Assembly: GCA_030390025.1 (NCBI GenBank)
Contig: CM059432.1
Span: 93,188,001-93,252,000, forward strand
DNA length: 64,000 nucleotides
Direction of reading: 5' to 3'
Source of the DNA: Squalus acanthias
Lineage: Eukaryota
The translations under genes and the position numbers were made by a program. The notes under the pieces were generated by a model. It saw nothing but the letters and a program-made list of their open reading frames with translations, was not told the origin of the DNA and made no database searches. This document shows, one piece after another, positions 27,001 through 36,625 of this stretch (position 1 is its first letter; every line of letters starts with the position of its first letter).

Positions 27001-30000
27001 AGCGGGAGATTCTGTGAGTAAACAGAGCGGGAGATTCTGTGAGTAAACAGAGCGGGAGATTCTGTGAGTATAAAGAGCGGGAGATTCTGAGAGTAAACAG
27101 AGCGGGAGATTCTGAGAGTAAACAGAGCGCGAGATTCTGAGAGTAAACAGAGCGCGAGATTCTGTGAGTAAACAGGGCGGGAGATTCTGAGAGTAAACAG
27201 AGCGGGAGATTCTGAGAGTAAACAGAGCGGGAGATTCTGTGAGTAAACAGGGCGGGAGATTCTGTGAGTAAACAGAGCGGGAGATTCTGTGAGTAAACAG
27301 AGCGGGAGATTCTGTGAGTAAACAGAGCGGGAGATTCTGTGAGTAAACAGGGCGGGAGATTCTGTGAGTAAACAGAGCGGGAGATTCTGTGAGTAAACAG
27401 AGCGGGAGATTCTGTGAGTAAACAGAGCGGGAGATTCTGTGAGTAAACAGAGCGGGAGATTCTGTGAGTAAACAGAGCGGGAGATTCTGTGAGTAAACAG
27501 AGCGGGAGATTCTGTGAGTAAACAGAGCGGGAGATTCTGTGAGTAAACAGAGCGGGAGATTCTGTGAGTAAACAGAGCGGGAGATTCTGTGAGTAAACAG
27601 AGCGGGAGATTCTGTGAGTAAACAGAGCGGGAGATTCTGTGAGTAAACAGAGCGGGAGATTCTGTGAGTAAACAGTGCGGGAGATTCTGTGAGTAAACAG
27701 AGCGGGAGATTCTGAGAGTAAACAGAGCGGGAGATTCTGTGAGTAAACAGAGCGGGAGATTCTGTGAGTAAACAGGGCGGGAGATTCTGTGAGTAAACAG
27801 AGCGGGAGATTCTGAGAGTAAACAGAGCGGGAGATTCTGTGAGTATAAAGAGCGGGAGATTCTGTGAGTAAACAGGGCGGGAGATTATGTGAGTAAACAG
27901 GGCGGGAGATTCAGTGAGTATAAAGAGCGGAACATTTTGTGAGTAAACAGTGCGGGAGATTCTGTGAGTATAAAGAGCGGGAGATTCTGAGAATAAACAA
28001 GGCGGGAGATTCTGAGAGTTTCAAGAGCAGGAGATTCTGAGAATAAACAGGGCGGGAGATTCTGTGAGTAAACACGGCGGGAGATTCTGAGAGTAAACAG
28101 AGCGGGAGATTCTGTGAGTATAAAGAGCGGGAGATTCTGTGAGTAAACAGAGCGGGAGATTCTGAGAGTAAACAGGGCGGGAGATTCTGTGAGTATAAAG
28201 AGCGGGAGATTCTGTGAGTAAACAGAGCGGGAGATTCTGTGAGTAAACAGAGCGGGAGATTCTGAGAGTAAACAGAGCGGGAGATTCTGTGAGTAAACAG
28301 AGCGGGAGATTCTGTGAGTAAACAGAGCGGGAGATTCTGTGAGTAAACAGAGCGGGAGATTCCGAGAGTAAACAGGGCGGGAGATTCTGAGAGTAAACAG
28401 AGCGGGAGATTCCTAGAGTAAACAGGGCGGGAGATTCTGAGAGTAAACAGAGCGGGAGATTCCGAGAGTAAACAGGGCGGGAGATTCTGTGAGTAAACAG
28501 AGCGGGAGATTCTGAGAGTAAACAGAGCGGGAGATTCCGAGAGTAAACAGAGCGGGAGATTCTGTGAGTAAACAGGGCGGGAGATTCTGTGAGTAAACAG
28601 AGCGGGAGATTCTGTGAGTAAACAGAGCGGGAGATTCTGTGAGTAAACAGAGCGGGAGATTCTGTGAGTAAACAGGGCGGGAGATTCTGGGAGTAAACAG
28701 AGCGGGAGATTCTGGGAGTAAACAGAGCGGGAGATTCTGAGAGTATAAAGAGCGGGAGATTCTGTGAGTATAAAGAGCGGGAGATTCTGTGAGTAAACAG
28801 GGCGGGCGATTCTGTGAGTATAAAGAGTGGGAGATTCTGTGAGTAAACAGAGCGGGAGATTCTGTGAGTAAACAGGGCGGGAGATTCTGTGAGTAAACAG
28901 AGCGGGAGATTCTGAGAGTAAACAGAGCGGGAGATTCTGTGTAAACAGAGCGGGAGATTCTGTGAGTTAACAGAGCGGGAGATTCTGTGAGTAAACAGGG
29001 CGGGCGATTCTGTGAGTAAACAGGGCGGGAGATTCTGTGAGTAAACAGGGCGGGAGATTCTGTGAGTAAACAGGGCGGGAGATTCTGTGAGTAAACAGGG
29101 CGGGAGATTCTGTGAGTAAACAGAGCGGGAGATTCTGTGAGTAAACAGAGCGGGAGATTCTGTGAGTAAACAGAGCGGGAGATTCTGTGAGTAAACAGGG
29201 CGGGAGATTCTGAGAGTAAACAGAGCGGGAGATTCTGTGAGTAAACAGAGCGGGAGATTCTGTGAGTAAACAGGGCGGGAGATTCTGAGAGTAAACAGAG
29301 CGGGAGATTCTGTGAGTAAACAGAGCGGGAGATTCTGTGAGTAAACAGAGCGGGAGATTCTGTGAGTAAACAGGGCGGGAGATTCTGTGAGTAAACAGAG
29401 CGGGAGATTCTGTGAGTAAACAGAGCGGGAGATTCTGTGAGTAAACAGAGCGGGAGATTCTGTGAGTAAACAGAGCGGGAGATTCTGTGAGTAAACAGAG
29501 CGGGAGATTCTGAGAGTAAACAGAGCGGGAGATTCTGTGAGTAAACAGAGCGGGAGATTCTGTGAGTAAACAGAGCGGGAGATTCTGTGAGTAAACAGAG
29601 CGGGAGATTCTGTGAGTAAACAGAGCGGGAGATTCTGTGAGTAAACAGAGCGGGAGATTCTGTGAGTAAACAGAGCGGGAGATTCTGTGAGTAAACAGGC
29701 GGGAGATTCTGTGAGTATAAAGAGCGGGAGATTCTGTGAGTAAACAGAGCGGGAGATTCTGTGAGTAAACAGAGCGGGAGATTCTGTGAGTAAACAGAGC
29801 GGGAGATTCTGTGAGTAAACAGAGCGGGAGATTCTGTGAGTAAACAGAGCGGGAGATTCTGTGAGTAAACAGAGCGGGAGATTCTGTGAGTAAACAGAGC
29901 GGGAGATTCTGTGAGTAAACAGAGCGGGAGATTCTGTGAGTAAACAGGGCGGGAGATTCTGTGAGTAAACAGAGCGGGAGATTCTGAGAGTAAACAGGGC

Positions 30001-33000
30001 GGGAGATTCTGTGAGTAAACAGAGCGGGAGATTCTGAGAGTAAACAGAGCGGGAGATTCTGTGAGTAAACAGAGCGGGAGATTCTGTGAGTAAACAGGGC
30101 GGGAGATTCTGTGAGTAAACAGGGCGGGAGATTCTGTGAGTATAAAGAGCGGAGATTCTGTGAGTAAACAGTGCGGGAGATTCTGTGAGTAAACAGAGCG
30201 GGAGATTCTGTGAGTAAACAGGCGGGAGATTCTGTGAGTAAACAGAGCGGGAGATTCTGTGAGTAAACAGAGCGGGAGATTCTGTGAGTAAACAGAGCGG
30301 GAGATTCTGTGAGTAAACAGAGCGGGAGATTCTGTGAGTAACAGAGCGGGAGATTCTGTGAGTAAACAGAGCGGGAGATTCTGTGAGTAAACAGAGCGGG
30401 AGATTCTGAGAGTAAACAGAGCGGGAGATTCTGTGAGTAAACAGAGCGGGAGATTCTGTGACTAAACAGAGCGGGAGATTCTGTGAGTAAACAGGCGGGA
30501 GATTCTGTGAGTAAACAGAGCGGGAGATTCTGTGAGTAAACAGAGCGGGAGATTCTGAGAGTAAACAGAGCGGGAGATTCTGTGAGTAAACAGAGCGGGA
30601 GATTCTGTGAGTAAACAGAGCGGGAGATTCTGTGAGTAAACAGAGCGGGAGATTCTGTGAGTAAACAGAGCGGGAGATTCTGTGAGTAAACAGGGCGGGA
30701 GATTCTGTGAGTAAACAGAGCGGGAGATTCTGTGAGTAAACAGGCGGGAGATTCTGTGAGTAAACAGAGCGGGAGATTCTGTGAGTAAACAGAGCGGGAG
30801 ATTCTGTGAGTAAACAGAGCGGGAGATTCTGTGAGTAAACAGGGCGGGAGATTCTGTGAGTAAACAGAGCGGGAGATTCTGTGAGTAAACAGAGCGGGAG
30901 ATTCTGTGAGTAAACAGAGCGGGAGATTCTGTGAGTAAACAGAGCGGGAGATTCTGTGAGTAAACAGAGCGGGAGATTCTGTGAGTATAAAGAGCGGGAG
31001 ATTCTGTGAGTAAACAGAGCGGGAGATTCTGTGAGTAAACAGGGCGGGAGATTCTGTGAGTAAACAGAGCGGGAGATTCTGTGAGTAAACAGAGCGGGAG
31101 ATTCTGTGAGTAAACAGAGCGGGAGATTCTGAGAGTAAACATGGCGGGAGATTCTGAGAGTAAACAGAGCGGGAGATTCTGTGAGTAAACAGGGCGGGAG
31201 ATTCTGTGAGTAAACAGAGCGGGAGATTCTGAGAGTAAACAGAGCGGGAGATTCTGTGAGTAAACAGAGCGGGAGATTCTGTGAGTAAACAGAGCGGGAG
31301 ATTCTGAGAGTAAACAGGGCGGGAGATTCTGTGAGTATAAAGAGCGGGAGATTCTGTGAGTAAACAGAGCGGGAGATTCTGTGAGTAAACAGAGCGGGAG
31401 ATTCTGTGAGTAAACAGAGCGGGAGATTCTGTGAGTAAACAGAGCGGGAGATTCTGAGAGTAAACAGGGCGGGAGATTCTGTGAGTAAACAGAGCGGGAG
31501 ATTCTGTGAGTAAACAGAGCGGGAGATTCTGTGAGTAAACAGAGCGGGAGATTCTGTGAGTAAACAGAGCGGGAGATTCTGAGAGTAAACAGAGCGGGAG
31601 ATTCTGTGAGTAAACAGAGCGGGAGATTCTGAGAGTAAACAGAGCGGGAGATTCTGAGAGTAAACAGAGCGGGAGATTCTGTGAGTAAACAGAGCGGGAG
31701 ATTCTGAGAGTAAACAGAGCGGGAGATTCTGAGAGTAAACAGAGCGGGAGATTCTGTGAGTAAACAGGGCGGGAGATTCTGTGAGTAAACAGAGCGGGAG
31801 ATTCTGTGAGTAAACAGAGCGGGAGATTCTGTGAGTAAACAGAGCGGGAGATTCTGTGAGTAAACAGGGCGGGAGATTCTGTGAGTAAACAGAGCGGGAG
31901 ATTCTGTGAGTAAACAGAGCGGGAGATTCTGAGAGTAAACAGAGCGGGAGATTCTGTGAGTAAACAGAGCGGGAGATTCTGTGAGTAAACAGGCGGGAGA
32001 TTCTGTGAGTAAACAGAGCGGGAGATTCTGTGAGTAAACAGAGCGGGAGATTCTGTGAGTAAACAGGGCGGGAGATTCTGTGAGTAAACAGAGCGGGAGA
32101 TTCTGAGAGTAAACAGAGCGGGAGATTCTGTGAGTAAACAGAGCGGGAGATTCTGTGAGTAAACAGAGCGGGAGATTCTGTGAGTAAACAGAGCGGGAGA
32201 TTCTGTGAGTAAACAGGGCGGGAGATTCTGTGAGTAAACAGAGCGGGAGATTCTGTGAGTAAACAGGGCGGGAGATTCTGTGAGTAAACAGAGCGGGAGA
32301 TTCTGTGAGTAAACAGAGCGGGAGATTCTGTGAGTAAACAGAGCGGGAGATTCTGTGAGTAAACAGAGCGGGAGATTCTGTGAGTAAACAGGGCGGGAGA
32401 TTCTGAGAGTAAACAGAGCGGGAGATTCTGTGAGTAAACAGAGCGGGAGATTCTGTGAGTAAACAGGGCGGGAGATTCTGAGAGTAAACAGAGCGGGAGA
32501 TTCTGTGAGTAAACAGAGCGGGAGATTCTGTGAGTAAACAGAGCGGGAGATTCTGTGAGTAAACAGAGCGGGAGATTCTGTGAGTAAACAGAGCGGGAGA
32601 TTCTGTGAGTAAACAGAGCGGGAGATTCTGTGAGTAAACAGGGCGGGAGATTCTGTGAGTAAACAGAGCGGGAGATTCTGTGAGTAAACAGAGCGGGAGA
32701 TTCTGTGAGTAAACAGAGCGGGAGATTCTGTGAGTAAACAGAGCGGGAGATTCTGTGAGTAAACAGGGCGGGAGATTCTGTGAGTAAACAGAGCGGGAGA
32801 TTCTGTGAGTAAACAGGCGGGAGATTCTGTGAGTAAACAGAGCGGGAGATTCTGTGAGTAAACAGAGCGGGAGATTCTGTGAGTAAACAGAGCGGGAGAT
32901 TCTGTGAGTAAACAGAGCGGGAGATTCTGTGAGTAAACAGAGCGGGAGATTCTGTGAGTAAACAGAGCGGGAGATTCTGTGAGTAAACAGAGCGGGAGAT

Positions 33001-35368
33001 TCTGTGAGTAAACAGAGCGGGAGATTCTGTGAGTAAACAGAGCGGGAGATTCTGTGAGTAAACAGAGCGGGAGATTCTGTGAGTAAACAGAGCGGGAGAT
33101 TCTGTGAGTAAACAGAGCGGGAGATTCTGTGAGTAAACAGAGCGGGAGATTCTGTGAGTAAACAGAGCGGGAGATTCTGAGAGTAAACAGAGCGGGAGAT
33201 TCTGTGAGTAAACAGAGCGGGAGATTCTGAGAGTAAACAGAGCGGGAGATTCTGTGAGTAAACAGAGCGGGAGATTCTGTGAGTAAACAGAGCGGGAGAT
33301 TCTGTGAGTAAACAGAGCGGGAGATTCTGTGAGTAAACAGAGCGGGAGATTCTGTGAGTAAACAGAGCGGGAGATTCTGTGAGTAAACAGAGCGGGAGAT
33401 TCTGTGAGTAAACAGAGCGGGAGATTCTGTGAGTAAACAGAGCGGGAGATTCTGTGAGTAAACAGGGCGGGAGATTCTGTGAGTAAACAGAGCGGGAGAT
33501 TCTGTGAGTAAACAGGGCGGGAGATTCTGAGAGTAAACAGAGCGGGAGATTCTGTGAGTAAACAGAGCGGGAGATTCTGTGAGTAAACAGAGCGGGAGAT
33601 TCTGTGAGTAAACAGAGCGGGAGATTCTGTGAGTAAACAGAGCGGGAGATTCTGTGAGTAAACAGAGCGGGAGATTCTGTGAGTAAACAGAGCGGGAGAT
33701 TCTGTGAGTAAACAGAGCGGGAGATTCTGTGAGTAAACAGAGCGGGAGATTCTGTGAGTAAACAGAGCGGGAGATTCTGTGAGTAAACAGAGCGGGAGAT
33801 TCTGTGAGTAAACAGAGCGGGAGATTCTGTGAGTAAACAGAGCGGGAGATTCTGTGAGTAAACAGAGCGGGAGATTCTGAGAGTAAACAGAGCGGGAGAT
33901 TCTGTGAGTAAACAGAGCGGGAGATTCTGTGAGTAAACAGAGCGGGAGATTCTGTGAGTAAACAGAGCGGGAGATTCTGTGAGTAAACAGAGCGGGAGAT
34001 TCTGTGAGTAAACAGAGCGGGAGATTCTGTGAGTAAACAGAGCGGGAGATTCTGTGAGTAAACAGAGCGGGAGATTCTGTGAGTAAACAGAGCGGGAGAT
34101 TCTGTGTAAACAGAGCGGGAGATTCTGTGAGTAAACAGAGCGGGAGATTCTGTGAGTAAACAGAGCGGGAGATTCTGTGAGTAAACAGAGCGGGAGATTC
34201 TGTGAGTAAACAGAGCGGGAGATTCTGTGAGTAAACAGAGCGGGAGATTCTGTGAGTAAACAGAGCGGGAGATTCTGTGAGTAAACAGAGCGGGAGATTC
34301 TGTGAGTAAACAGAGCGGGAGATTCTGTGAGTAAACAGGGCGGGAGATTCTGTGAGTAAACAGAGCGGGAGATTCTGTGAGTAAACAGAGCGGGAGATTC
34401 TGTGAGTAAACAGAGCGGGAGATTCTGTGAGTAAACAGAGCGGGAGATTCTGTGAGTAAACAGAGCGGGAGATTCTGTGAGTAAACAGAGCGGGAGATTC
34501 TGTGAGTAAACAGAGCGGGAGATTCTGTGAGTAAACAGAGCGGGAGATTCTGTGAGTAAACAGAGCGGGAGATTCTGTGAGTAAACAGAGCGGGAGATTC
34601 TGTGAGTAAACAGGGCGGGAGATTCTGTGAGTAAACAGAGCGGGAGATTCTGTGAGTAAACAGAGCGGGAGATTCTGTGAGTAAACAGAGCGGGAGATTC
34701 TGTGAGTAAACAGAGCGGGAGATTCTGTGAGTAAACAGAGCGGGAGATTCTGTGAGTAAACAGAGCGGGAGATTCTGTGAGTAAACAGAGCGGGAGATTC
34801 TGAGAGTAAACAGAGCGGGAGATTCTGAGAGTAAACAGGGCGGGAGATTCTGTGAGTATAAAGAGCGGGAGATTCTGTGAGTAAACAGAGCGGGAGATTC
34901 TGTGAGTAAACAGAGCGGGAGATTCTGTGAGTAAACAGAGCGGGAGATTCTGTGAGTAAACAGAGCGGGAGATTCTGTGAGTAAACAGAGCGGGAGATTC
35001 TGTGAGTAAACAGGGCGGGAGATTCTGTGAGTAAACAGAGCGGGAGATTCTGTGAGTAAACAGAGCGGGAGATTCTGTGAGTAAACAGAGCGGGAGATTC
35101 TGTGAGTAAACAGAGCGGGAGATTCTGTGAGTAAACAGAGCGGGAGATTCTGTGAGTAAACAGAGCGGGAGATTCTGTGAGTAAACAGAGCGGGAGATTC
35201 TGTGAGTAAACAGAGCGGGAGATTCTGTGAGTAAACAGAGCGGGAGATTCTGTGAGTAAACAGAGCGGGAGATTCTGAGAGTAAACAGAGCGGGAGATTC
35301 TGAGAGTAAACAGAGCGGGAGATTCTGAGAGTAAACAGAGCGGGAGATTCTGTGAGTAAACAGGGCGG
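87..35368. repeat. 25-bp tandem satellite array, about 1,400 copies, consensus GAGCGGGAGATTCTGTGAGTAAACA
   Basis: Uninterrupted head-to-tail monomers from ggcgggagattc at 87 to cagggcgg at 35368 (35,282 bp / 25 is about 1,410). Common variants are GAGC/GGGC, TGTG/TGAG and AAAC/ATAA. Confidence 0.98.
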
Positions 35369-35658
35369 CGGTAGCAGAGGGAGCGGTGGACCTGCGCGGG
35401 AGCGGCGGCTCTGGGATAAAATAAAGGTCGGTGATTTTCAGGCCCCGTCGAGCAGCTGCAGAATTCGAGAGTGATGTCACAGTACAGAAAGTGACGCTGG
35501 CGCAGTGGACGAAGCTGATTGGTGAGTAGTGGGTGAGTGCTTTTTTTTCCCCTTCAATTTTAAGTTTATTTCTTTTAAGGTAGTTCATAGTTAAGGTAGT
35601 TCGGGAGAGCGAGAATCCGAGTGTTTCAATTTGAGGTAAGAGTTTTTAAATTAAAAGT

Positions 35659-36625
35659 ATGGCAGGGGACCTCAGTCCCGTGTGTTTTCCGGCCTGCAGC
35701 ATGTGGGAATTCCTAGACGCTTCTTGCAGTCAGGATGACCACATGTGCAGTAAGTGCCAACGGTTTGGCCAATTTGAGATCCGGTTTTCGGAGTTCAAGC
35801 GTCAGCTGGAGGCACTGCGGTGTATCCGCGAGGCTGAGAGTTACGTGGATAACACGTTTTTAGACGTGGTCACCCCGCAGCTTAAGAAACTGCAGTCAGA
35901 GAGGGAATGGGTGACCACCAGTCAGAAGAAGGGGGGCAGGCAGGTAGTCAGGAAAGCCCCAGAGTGCATCTCACTCAACAACCGTTTTTCTGTTTTGGAA
36001 AACGGTGAAAGTGACGCTTCCTCTGGGGAGTGCAGCCAGAGCCAAGTTCACGGCACTGTGGGTGGCTCAGCTGCACAAGGGAGGAGGAGTAAGAGTGGAA
36101 GGGCAATAGTGGTAGGAGACTCAATACTGAGGGGTGCAGACAGGTGTTTCTGCGGCCGCAGACGTGACTCCAGGATGGTATGTTGCCTCCCTGGTGCCAG
36201 GGTCAAGGATGTCACTGAACGGCTGCAGGGCATTCTGAAGGGGGAGGGTGAACAGTCAGAGTTCGTGATTCACATTGGTACCAACGACACAGGTAGAAAG
36301 AGGGATGAGGTCCTGCAACAAGAATTTAGGGAGCTAGGTAGCAGATTAAAAAGCAGGACCTCAAAGGTTGTAATCTCTGGATTACTCCCAGTGCCACGTG
36401 CTAGTGAGTATAGGAATAGGAGGATAAAGCAGATGAATGCGTGGCTAAAGAGTTGGCGCAGGAGGGAGGGCTTTAGTTTCCTGGATCACTGGGTCTGTTT
36501 CTGGGGAAGGTGGGACCTGTACAAGTCGGAAGGGTTGCACCTGAACTGGAACAGGACCAACATCCTTGCGGGGAGATTTGGTAGTGCTGTTGGCGGGGGT
36601 GGGAGGGGGGGGAGGTTTAAACTAA
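35659..36625 (+). pseudogene. CR1 ORF1: N-terminal Cys zinc finger and coiled coil, C-terminal SGNH/GDSL esterase domain
   Basis: ACSMWE...CSKC Cys motif; SGNH blocks IVVGDS, CLPGA, HIGTND and EGLH (usually DGLH). The expected GLN* end (ggt tta aac taa, 36614-36625) is out of frame in this copy because of a G-tract indel. Confidence 0.88.

Noticed and set aside
87..35368. CRISPR array, telomere or immunoglobulin switch region
   Set aside because: No unique spacers or cas genes, no TTAGGG, no AGCT-rich motifs and no Ig exons; the context is vertebrate transposon DNA.
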